Source: Patescibacteria group bacterium (GTDB taxonomy: Bacteria; Patescibacteriota; Microgenomatia; UBA8517). Taken from it: a DNA stretch of 51,706 bases. Positions 37,607 through 45,872 of the stretch are shown one piece after another. A program made the position numbers and the translations under genes. The notes beneath the pieces were generated by a model, which had not been told where the DNA came from, did no database searches, and saw nothing but the letters and a program-made list of their open reading frames with translations. How positions within the stretch are numbered: the first letter of the stretch is position 1; each line of letters begins with the position of its first letter. The stretch is from NCBI GenBank assembly GCA_038206135.1, contig JBBRBD010000007.1, positions 1-51,706 of the forward strand, written 5' to 3'.

Positions 37607-38274
37607 TGTGTGTAACTTAAGCTTTTTTCAGACGGCGGAACCAGTTTAGCACGGACAATTAGTCGTCGTGGACTTCGCGGGTCTCCAGGAGGAACGCAGG
37701 TGACCAGAGATATGTACGATTCTCCTGTTTCTTGAGAAAGAACGTCAAGGTCTTCAGGGCTTACTTCAAATAATTCTTGAACTCGATACTCATACGAAAT
37801 GCCATCGTAATCAATAGTAATCGGATCCTGCTTTTTTAGCGTAGGAAGTGTTGAGAAAATAGTTAAGTACAATTTGGGGTCATAAAAACTCGGGAGTACC
37901 GAATGACCAAACACAACTGCATTTCCTGTTTTCCCTGGCAATGCAGTTCCTGGATATTGTATTAACGAATCTGATAAATCCTCTCCACCCAAAGAAACCA
38001 CCGCATCTTTAATACCAAGTTTTGGAATGGTGAGGTTGTAGTACTTCACAACTGTACTAGCCAAAGCATCTTCTTGTTCTTTTGCAGACGGAAACCAACT
38101 GCTTGCTTTAGTAAAATCGGTAAACTCTTGTTCTGGAACTGGAGAAATATATTGTTGAAAATCAGCTTTACTTTTAATTTCGTATGAAAGAATGGGAAAA
38201 AATACTGCCAAAATTAACAGTAACCCACTCCCCGCCAGTAAAACACTCATCAAACGGGTCAGTTTTTTTTTCAT
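37603..38274 (-). CDS. Sortase family protein
   Basis: N-terminal TM; LTIPKLGI, PG..GNAVVFGHS (His), ISLVTC (Cys), RLIVRA (Arg). Confidence 0.9.
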   Translation of the reverse strand: MKKKLTRLMSVLLAGSGLLLILAVFFPILSYEIKSKADFQQYISPVPEQEFTDFTKASSWFPSAKEQEDALASTVVKYYNLTIPKLGIKDAVVSLGGEDLSDSLIQYPGTALPGKTGNAVVFGHSVLPSFYDPKLYLTIFSTLPTLKKQDPITIDYDGISYEYRVQELFEVSPEDLDVLSQETGESYISLVTCVPPGDPRSPRRLIVRAKLVPPSEKSLSYTQ

Positions 38275-40466
38275 TTTTCTGCTTCAACACTGACTGCAAT
38301 ATGTTTGGCCATAAAAGGTACAAAACGAATTGCATCAGGAAGAGCAGGATGGCTTGTAATCGCAGCCCTCACAAATCCAGGAATGGTCGCAAGATAATCA
38401 TTAGCACTTTGGAATCGCTTTCCGGCAACTGCACGTGCAATGTCATCAGGGTTCAGATTTGGTAATAAGTGTGCAGTGAAGCCAACATCAGCTGCAAGTG
38501 TTGTTGCGCCCGTTTGTACATCAAAACTCGTTTCCACTTGTTCTGGTCTAAATGAATATCCACTTGGAACTTGTGACTCTAACAACTTCTGCGCGGCTTC
38601 TGTAATTGCGCTCTTTGGCATTGCATATGCGGTAGCCTCAACTTCCATTGATAAGTTTATGGTTGCAGCTTCGTCGCCTACTTTATGGTTGAATACTTTT
38701 GAATTTGTTTTGGTTTTTACAGAATCGGCTATAAATACGTGATCATCCGGAACTTCTCCAGAGATTTCTTGGTTTGCTTGCGCCACTAACTTTGATAATG
38801 TGTCTTTCTCCAGTGCATCTAAATCGGCTTTTGAAACTGCAGTGATTTGTCTACTGGAACCTCCGGTAAAAGCAGTTGACACAATTGCATCTATTTCGCT
38901 TTGCAAAAATTTACCAACCTTCAATGTTTGGTCCTGCGAAAGATTCGAATCAGGTCCGATTACAAGCGCCGTTGCAGGAACAGTTGCCGTTCCAGGCGAG
39001 GCTGGAGATGTTGCAGCAGAAACTGAGGCTGATTGATCAATAGTAAACTGTACGTCATTCGGACCGACAATTAATGCGCCTGTGGGTAAACTCACGTTAT
39101 TTGCGGTACCGTTTCGAATAGTTACACTACCTTTTGCTTTGTCTCCCACGGTCTTGGTTCCACTAGCAGGTGCCGATGTATCGAGTGAAACTGTCTTTGT
39201 GTACACCTTCACTGGTAAAATTTTATTATCAATATCAATGCTTTCTGTCGAACCTGAAAGAGTGAATGTTTGCCTCGAAGTAAGCGTTCGTGGAGAAATG
39301 AAAATAGTAATTTCAGCTTTTGGTAAGTAATACCACGCAGCGGAACTTCCTCCGATAAGAAGCGCCAATACAAGTCCAACAAGACCTAAAAACTGTGGAA
39401 GTGAAATTCTTCTGCGCACACGAGGGTGTTGAGGAGTGTGTACATGGTTTTCAACGGGAAGCGTTGCTATTCTTTTTCTTCGAGCAAAAACAAGGGAGAG
39501 ACCTTTTGCGGCATGTTTTATCCGATTCATAGGTGAGCGCTGCACAGTGTGTAGCATCGAAGTGTTTTCAGTGTCTTCAGAGACTGGTTCTTCCGAAACA
39601 GGCGACCCTGCATTATCTTTTGGTGTAATTTTGGTAATATCAGCGTTCATTGCAAAACCTAGATCATTTAAAGATACATCTGTAGCAACTACATTTAAGT
39701 CTTCTTTCTCTGGAGGTCTCATTTCTTCAGGAGTATTAAATGAAACAACCGGTCCCATTTCAGATGAACCTGCCAAGCTGATTGCGCCTAAAACTCTGTC
39801 AGTTCCTGCAAGTTCAATTTTTGGCTCATGCAAAAATTGCAATTTTTCATTTGTTTGCTTCCAATTCACTGAAGACAAGAGATGTGTGATATCAAGCAGT
39901 TCTTCGTTTCCAGCACCAAACACAATAAAGCGAGAAGGAAGTGAATCATGTGATTGAAATCGTGAAAGCGCTTCAATCAGGTCCTCTGTCAGAGACATAC
40001 TTCTCCCTACTTCAATCGTTCCAGCAAGTGTTCCAAGTCTAAAGAGAGTTACTTCTAGTTTATCCCTGGTTACCCCAACTAAGACAGAACTGAGTGGGCC
40101 ACCTTCATTTTGTTTTACCTCGTGAGAAATAGCTTCAGGAACTACAACAAAGCCAACTGCTTCAAGTGAAAGTTTCTCACAAATCTCACGAATCAGAGTC
40201 AAGTATTCGCGTTGAATATGTCCATCAGTTACCCAAGAACTCATGACACCAAAAACGGTTTTTGCAGGTTCCCCTGCATCTTCTGGCATTTGTGATGAAA
40301 TTTCAGTAAGACTTGTGTCTACGGCAGACACTAGTTCATCTTCCTTTTCCCACAAAACTTCCGGACCAAATACTTCGACTGATGTTGTTTCTCCATCACG
40401 ACTCCACAGACAGACGGATGCAAGATGTGAGGTTATAAGTAAGGACCAAAAGTATGCTTTCGACAT
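38271..40466 (-). CDS. Membrane-anchored protein with baseplate J/gp47-like extracellular region
   Basis: Single TM near aa 358-380; KAKGSVTIRN, LPTG, VPATA..IGPDSN, FTGG resemble baseplate J; N-terminal half cytoplasmic. Confidence 0.65.
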   Translation of the reverse strand: MSKAYFWSLLITSHLASVCLWSRDGETTSVEVFGPEVLWEKEDELVSAVDTSLTEISSQMPEDAGEPAKTVFGVMSSWVTDGHIQREYLTLIREICEKLSLEAVGFVVVPEAISHEVKQNEGGPLSSVLVGVTRDKLEVTLFRLGTLAGTIEVGRSMSLTEDLIEALSRFQSHDSLPSRFIVFGAGNEELLDITHLLSSVNWKQTNEKLQFLHEPKIELAGTDRVLGAISLAGSSEMGPVVSFNTPEEMRPPEKEDLNVVATDVSLNDLGFAMNADITKITPKDNAGSPVSEEPVSEDTENTSMLHTVQRSPMNRIKHAAKGLSLVFARRKRIATLPVENHVHTPQHPRVRRRISLPQFLGLVGLVLALLIGGSSAAWYYLPKAEITIFISPRTLTSRQTFTLSGSTESIDIDNKILPVKVYTKTVSLDTSAPASGTKTVGDKAKGSVTIRNGTANNVSLPTGALIVGPNDVQFTIDQSASVSAATSPASPGTATVPATALVIGPDSNLSQDQTLKVGKFLQSEIDAIVSTAFTGGSSRQITAVSKADLDALEKDTLSKLVAQANQEISGEVPDDHVFIADSVKTKTNSKVFNHKVGDEAATINLSMEVEATAYAMPKSAITEAAQKLLESQVPSGYSFRPEQVETSFDVQTGATTLAADVGFTAHLLPNLNPDDIARAVAGKRFQSANDYLATIPGFVRAAITSHPALPDAIRFVPFMAKHIAVSVEAEK

Positions 40467-40480
40467 AGGGCAGAGTTACG

Positions 40481-42289
40481 TTATTCTATTGTCGCATATA
40501 TGCGACGAACGCCGGCACTCACGGCTTCTTCTTTATTAATTCTAACATGTCCACCGAGGTCTGACAGGTGAGTTACATGAGGTCCCCCACAAACTTCGCG
40601 GGAAAAGAAATTATCATCACTCCCAACGGTATATACTTTTACGTTCTCATCATATTTTTTATCAAAAAAATGGAGTGCACCTTTTTTGTCGGCTTCATCG
40701 ATACTCATGAGTTCGAATGAAACGGGTAAATTTTTATCAATCTGTACATTCACCAAAGTTTCTACTTCTTTGATTTCTTCTTCTGTTAATTTGGCACTAT
40801 GAACGAAATCAAATCTAAGTCTCTCGTTAGTAATATTGCTTCCTTTCTGTTGCACATGAGTACCCAAGACTTTACGCAATGCCGCATGCAGTAAATGAGT
40901 TGCTGTGTGTAACCGTGTTGTTTCTACAGAGTGATCCATAAGCCCACCTTTAAACGTACCGGCAGAAGCAGTACGTGATTTGTTTTGGTGTTCTTCGAAC
41001 GCTTTTTTAAATTGATCAACATCAATTTTTTGTCCCTTCTCTTGGAAAATTTCTATTGAAAGCTCAAGCGGAAAGCCATACGTTTGGTAGAGATCAAAAG
41101 CAACTTTACCATCAATTTCTTTTATTTTTTCTACTTCTTTCAATCCTTTTTCCAAAGTCTTTACAAACTTATCAACTTCATCTGCTATTACAGTTGTTAT
41201 TTCAAAACTTTTCTTCGCTGAAATATAAGTTCTGTATTTTTCGCAATAAATATCAATTGCGGAGTAAAAAATGTTTTTATTCGAAATATCAATTCCCAGC
41301 TTCTTAGTTTTTAAAATTGCTCGACGTAATAATCTTCGCAAAACATATCCTTGCAGTTTATTTGAAGGTAAAACACCACCAGCAATCAAAAATACAGCTG
41401 CTCTCATATGGTCAGCAAATATACGCATTCCTTTCGAATAATCTTCATATTTTTTACCTGAATGTTTTTCTATTGAAGAAATAATTTCAGCAAAAACATC
41501 AATAGTGAATACATCAGAATTGTTATTTGTTGCAGCAGACATACGTTCTAACCCTCCACCAAAATCCACGTTCTTTTGTGATAACTCCTCCAAGCTGCCG
41601 TCTGCATTCTTTTTATACTGAATAAAAACTGAGTTTCCAATTTCCATAAAACGACCACAATCACAGTTTGGATGACATTTTACATTTTTCCATTCTGAGT
41701 TCTCATGCAGTTTCAAACTCGCTCCAAAATCAAAAAATATCTCAGAATCTGGACCACCAATTTCACCTGTCGGCATTTGTTCAGGAGTTCCACTTCTACT
41801 CCACCAGTTTTTTTTCACCCCATATTCAAAAATGTGGTCCTTCGATACTCCCAATTCAGACCATCTCTTATAACTTTCAGTATCTCGAGGCACAGAATCG
41901 TTGCCTTCAAAAATCGATATATATAAACTATCTTTTGACAGTCCAAGCCCTTCATCATTACTAGTTACAAAATCCCAGATGTAAGAAAGCTGTTCTTTTT
42001 TAAAATAATCTCCAAGACTCCAATTTCCGAGCATTTCAAAAAAAGTGGTATGCCGATTGTCTCCGACTTCTTCAATGTCTTGCACCCGAATCGAAGGCTG
42101 TGAATCAACTAGTCGTTTTCCCGTTGGATGTGTTTCACCAAGAAGATATGGAACCAAGGGCTGCATGCCACTTGACGTAAAAAGAGTTGTGGGGTCATTC
42201 TCTAATACCAATGGTGCTGGGGTGATCACCGTATGGCCACGTTTTTCAAAAAATGTTAAATATCTGGAGCGAATTTCATCTACTGTCAT
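40481..42289 (-). CDS. alaS: Alanine--tRNA ligase (short, no C-Ala domain)
   Basis: DPTTLFTSSGMQP, HTTFFEMLGNWS.GDYFK, GGGLER, GYVLRRLLRR, HTATHLL, CGGPH, GVRRI. Confidence 0.96.
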   Translation of the reverse strand: MTVDEIRSRYLTFFEKRGHTVITPAPLVLENDPTTLFTSSGMQPLVPYLLGETHPTGKRLVDSQPSIRVQDIEEVGDNRHTTFFEMLGNWSLGDYFKKEQLSYIWDFVTSNDEGLGLSKDSLYISIFEGNDSVPRDTESYKRWSELGVSKDHIFEYGVKKNWWSRSGTPEQMPTGEIGGPDSEIFFDFGASLKLHENSEWKNVKCHPNCDCGRFMEIGNSVFIQYKKNADGSLEELSQKNVDFGGGLERMSAATNNNSDVFTIDVFAEIISSIEKHSGKKYEDYSKGMRIFADHMRAAVFLIAGGVLPSNKLQGYVLRRLLRRAILKTKKLGIDISNKNIFYSAIDIYCEKYRTYISAKKSFEITTVIADEVDKFVKTLEKGLKEVEKIKEIDGKVAFDLYQTYGFPLELSIEIFQEKGQKIDVDQFKKAFEEHQNKSRTASAGTFKGGLMDHSVETTRLHTATHLLHAALRKVLGTHVQQKGSNITNERLRFDFVHSAKLTEEEIKEVETLVNVQIDKNLPVSFELMSIDEADKKGALHFFDKKYDENVKVYTVGSDDNFFSREVCGGPHVTHLSDLGGHVRINKEEAVSAGVRRIYATIE

Positions 42290-42318
42290 TTGAGCTAAAG
42301 TATATCACGCAAGGACAC

Positions 42319-42348
42319 AAAAATGCCCCCTTCTCCTTACAGGGGGCA
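42319..42348 (-). terminator. Intrinsic terminator after ORF 42366-42764
   Basis: TGCCCCCT...AGGGGGCA followed by TTTTT on - strand. Confidence 0.7.
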
Positions 42349-42365
42349 ATAATAATTATCATCAA

Positions 42366-42764
42366 TTAAATTTTACGCCAATTTGAAAGCACCAGCAAAA
42401 GAGCGAGCGCAACCAGCGCATACAATACAAATGACTGCTGTTCGTTGTTTTGAATTCGAGACAAAATCCCTAAATTCGTGTGTGCATTTGCATCAATTAT
42501 CTGCAATCCTACTATTCCGATTGCAAGGGAAGCGAAACGTTCTCGATACTTGGTATTGTACGCAACGAGCAATCCGCACAACACTAAAAATGCAAATGTA
42601 AAAATTTGTACGTTCGGATCAACAGTCTTTAACGCTTTCGAAATATCTGGAATCTGCGGCACTAACACTGCAAGTGCAACACTAATTCCACAGATGACTG
42701 CGAATAAAACAAAATCGCATAAACATCCAATTGCATTACGAATTGCAATAAATACTGAGGTCAT
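42366..42764 (-). CDS. Hypothetical membrane protein (about 4 TM)
   Basis: Hydrophobic segments; AAAGGGG SD-like; own terminator. Confidence 0.65.
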   Translation of the reverse strand: MTSVFIAIRNAIGCLCDFVLFAVICGISVALAVLVPQIPDISKALKTVDPNVQIFTFAFLVLCGLLVAYNTKYRERFASLAIGIVGLQIIDANAHTNLGILSRIQNNEQQSFVLYALVALALLLVLSNWRKI

Positions 42765-42837
42765 GATATATCCCCTTTAGCTCAAAATAGATAGGACAGT
42801 AAGCCTATAATATCACAGAGTTGAAGATTTTGCAAGC

Positions 42838-43032
42838 TCAATTAGCTTGTTTTTTCTTGAGGGATTCTAAAAATGAAGTGACTCTGTCAGTTGAGTTATC
42901 GAGGATTCCGTGTACACGTTTTACCACAATGCGTATTTCGCGCACCACAAAAAAGACCTGAACACCTACGACAATCAGAAGACTTGTCAGCGAAACGATG
43001 ACTATTATTAGTAGTAATTGAATTCCATCCAT
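42838..43032 (-). CDS. Small single-TM protein
   Basis: N-terminal hydrophobic helix and basic helical tail; 1 nt after the upstream stop. Confidence 0.7.
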   Translation of the reverse strand: MDGIQLLLIIVIVSLTSLLIVVGVQVFFVVREIRIVVKRVHGILDNSTDRVTSFLESLKKKQAN

Positions 43033-43033
43033 A

Positions 43034-43663
43034 TTATTTAGATAAGCTAACTTGTATTGTACGGGATATGACAGTCTCTCGACCAGTGCGAGATAATGAA
43101 TGTACTTCTATTGTTTTTGTTTCATTGACAACTTCGACGTCTGTTGCAAAATTTCCATTTTCATCGACAAGCGCTGTTTGACCATTAACTTTCACTGTAG
43201 CCGTTGCATCTGTTGTCCCACGTACAGTTAGTTTATGTGCAGATACTAGTTCATTCTCTGCTGGAGAGATAATTGTGACAGGGGGAGGAGAAGTAAACGT
43301 TTTGTATTGAGAAAACAAATAGGTACTCATTAGAACCAATGCAATTACCCCAATCACAGCATAAATGGTTCGTTGCCCAAAACGAAATTCACGGCGAACA
43401 TCAGGTACTGGATTAATAGAAACCTTTTTAGGAGGATAATCTCGACGGAGTAATCCAACTGCTTGATCTCGATTGAGGTTTACAACATCAGAAATTGATT
43501 TCACAAACCCGACCAATACAGGAAGTTCCGGTAACTTTTCCCACTGTGCATTTTCAATTGCTTCCAAAAATTCTGGCTTAATTTTGGTTGCATGAGAAAG
43601 CTCCTTATATGTAATGTTTTGTTCTTCACGCGCAACGCGCAAATACGTTCCAATTGTCTTCAT
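43034..43663 (-). CDS. RodZ-like HTH-TM protein with C-terminal Ig-like domain
   Basis: IGTYLRVARE...TKIKPEFLEAIEN..W..LP HTH; one TM; beta-rich C-terminus; downstream of ftsK. Confidence 0.8.
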   Translation of the reverse strand: MKTIGTYLRVAREEQNITYKELSHATKIKPEFLEAIENAQWEKLPELPVLVGFVKSISDVVNLNRDQAVGLLRRDYPPKKVSINPVPDVRREFRFGQRTIYAVIGVIALVLMSTYLFSQYKTFTSPPPVTIISPAENELVSAHKLTVRGTTDATATVKVNGQTALVDENGNFATDVEVVNETKTIEVHSLSRTGRETVISRTIQVSLSK

Positions 43664-43674
43664 ATTTTAAGAGG

Positions 43675-45816
43675 TTAAGCTCCAGGTTGATCTGTGGAAG
43701 ATTCTTCTGTTTCACCGCCAAACACCTGTGCTGCATTTTTTACCAAAACTTCACGTGGCTTACTTCCTTCAGAAGCACCGACAACACCTGCTTCTTCAAG
43801 CTGGTCTAGGATACGCGCTGCTCTCGCATATCCAACAGACAATTTTCGCTGCAATAATGAGGCCGATGCTCGGTCATATTGACAGACAATTTCAACAGCC
43901 TTTTTAAACATATCGTCTGCAGCTTCAACCCCTGGCACAGAAATCACACCAGCCTTTTGTGTGTTTATAACTTCATCTGTGTATTCAGGATTAACGCCTT
44001 CTGCTTTCAAGAACTCCACTAGTTTATTTACATCTTTGTCTGAAACAAATGCCCCTTGAATACGCTTTGGACGAGCCTGCTCTGGAGAAAGATGTAGCAT
44101 GTCACCTTTTCCAAGCAGCTTCTCCGCTCCATACGCATCGAGAATAACACGAGAATCAACTTGAGAGGAAACAGCAAATGCAATTCTGTGAGGAACGTTT
44201 GCTTTGATAAGCCCGGTCAAAACGTCAACTGAAGGACGTTGCGTTGCAAGAACCATATGAATTCCAGTTGCACGGCTCATTTGAGCAAGACGAGTAATAC
44301 AATCTTCAACTTCAACAGGAGCAAACAGCATAATGTCTGCTAACTCGTCAATTACAAGAACAATATATGGCATTGCTTGAAAACCGCTCATCTCGTTGTA
44401 TCCATCGATATTTCGTACTCCAGCTTGTGCAAAGAGTTTATATCTACGGTCCATTTCTCCAACCAACCAACGAAGGGCAGAAAGTACTTTATCAGGCTCG
44501 ACAATAACTGGAGTCAGAAGATGTGGAATGCCATTGTAACCAGTCATTTCAACGCGTTTTGGATCAACTAAAATAAGTCTTAATTGAGACGGAGAAGTTC
44601 TGAACAAAAGTGACGCTAAAAATGTGTTTAAGCACACACTTTTTCCAGAACCTGTTTGACCTGCAATAAGTACATGTGGCATTTTGCCAATGTCTGCAAC
44701 CACTGCTTGCCCTGCAACGTCTAAGCCCAAAGCAACCGTAAGTTTTGAAGCACTCATTCGCATTGTGTCTGACAGAAGCATCTTCTTCAAAGGCACAAAT
44801 TCTGGAGATTTGTTTGGTAATTCAATTCCAACAAGCGAGCGTCCTGCGATTGGAGCCTCAATACGAATAGCACCAGTTGGAGACTCAAGCGAACGGGCCA
44901 AATCACGGTCGAGAGCTGTAATCTTTGAAAGTTTTGTGCCAAGTGCCACTTCAATTGCATACTGCGTAACAGCCGGACCTTGATTGATTTCTATTACACG
45001 AGCCGTGATTCCAAATGAATCAAGAGTTTCCTCTATGATTGCTGCGTTGCCTTTCAAGTCTCCTCTATCTGCTTTTCCACCACTCGAATCTGATAACAGT
45101 TCCACTGGTGGATATTTCCAAACACCATCTTCTCCAGCGTGGCTCTCAAGAGCTTTTTGAGGCTTACCTTTCGCTTCAGCTGCGTAGGTTCCTTGTCCTC
45201 CTAAAATCTTCAACTCATGGCTTTCTGGTTTTGCAAACAAGCGAGTTCCCAAAAAGCCTCTCTTCTCTTTTACTTCATCTTGTGCAATTAAGATATCTTC
45301 TTTTAATGCCTTTTTTGAAGCTTTCTTCTCAGGCTCTTTTTGCGTAGCAAATTCCACCAATTGTTCAAAGGAAACATTAAATAAAATAAGAAGTCCTGCA
45401 ACACAAAGCGCTAATAAAAGAAGAATACTTCCGGCCGGAGTTATCAGCGCGGCAACGCCGTCACCAGCTTGCGATCCAAATGAACCTGAATGCGTAAGTG
45501 TAGTCAAAGAAAAGAAAAATAAAAGAGAACCCACAATAACGTTCGCTCTACCGAGAAGAATTTTAAATTTACTTACAGCAAAGCCAAAGGAAATCATGAT
45601 GAATGGCAAAAAAATTGAGGTCCAACCAAGAAAGCTTGTTAAAAAATCATTTACCCGAATAAGGATTCTACCCTGCCGGGAAAATGAAACCAATATTAGT
45701 CCTGCCGAAGCCCAAAAAAATATTTGAAGCAAAGACTTAAGCATTGCAGGATTCACCGAAGGACCTGAATTCTTCTCCTTAATTTTCTTCCTCGTGTGCT
45801 TCTTCTTTTTTGCCAT
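43675..45816 (-). CDS. ftsK: DNA translocase FtsK
   Basis: 4 N-terminal TMs; MPHVLIAGQTGSGKS, VDPKRVE, IDELAD, ATQRPSVDV, gamma domain LLQRKLSVGYARAAR. Confidence 0.97.
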   Translation of the reverse strand: MAKKKKHTRKKIKEKNSGPSVNPAMLKSLLQIFFWASAGLILVSFSRQGRILIRVNDFLTSFLGWTSIFLPFIMISFGFAVSKFKILLGRANVIVGSLLFFFSLTTLTHSGSFGSQAGDGVAALITPAGSILLLLALCVAGLLILFNVSFEQLVEFATQKEPEKKASKKALKEDILIAQDEVKEKRGFLGTRLFAKPESHELKILGGQGTYAAEAKGKPQKALESHAGEDGVWKYPPVELLSDSSGGKADRGDLKGNAAIIEETLDSFGITARVIEINQGPAVTQYAIEVALGTKLSKITALDRDLARSLESPTGAIRIEAPIAGRSLVGIELPNKSPEFVPLKKMLLSDTMRMSASKLTVALGLDVAGQAVVADIGKMPHVLIAGQTGSGKSVCLNTFLASLLFRTSPSQLRLILVDPKRVEMTGYNGIPHLLTPVIVEPDKVLSALRWLVGEMDRRYKLFAQAGVRNIDGYNEMSGFQAMPYIVLVIDELADIMLFAPVEVEDCITRLAQMSRATGIHMVLATQRPSVDVLTGLIKANVPHRIAFAVSSQVDSRVILDAYGAEKLLGKGDMLHLSPEQARPKRIQGAFVSDKDVNKLVEFLKAEGVNPEYTDEVINTQKAGVISVPGVEAADDMFKKAVEIVCQYDRASASLLQRKLSVGYARAARILDQLEEAGVVGASEGSKPREVLVKNAAQVFGGETEESSTDQPGA

Positions 45817-45872
45817 AGTTCAAACACAGTATAGCAAAGAATGATTCTGATCAAGCATTAAGAACCAATAAT

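Noticed and set aside
38271-40466. Prophage or contractile injection system suggested by the baseplate-J-like gene
   Set aside because: No other phage or tail genes and no integrase. The gene has a TM anchor and is embedded among housekeeping genes.
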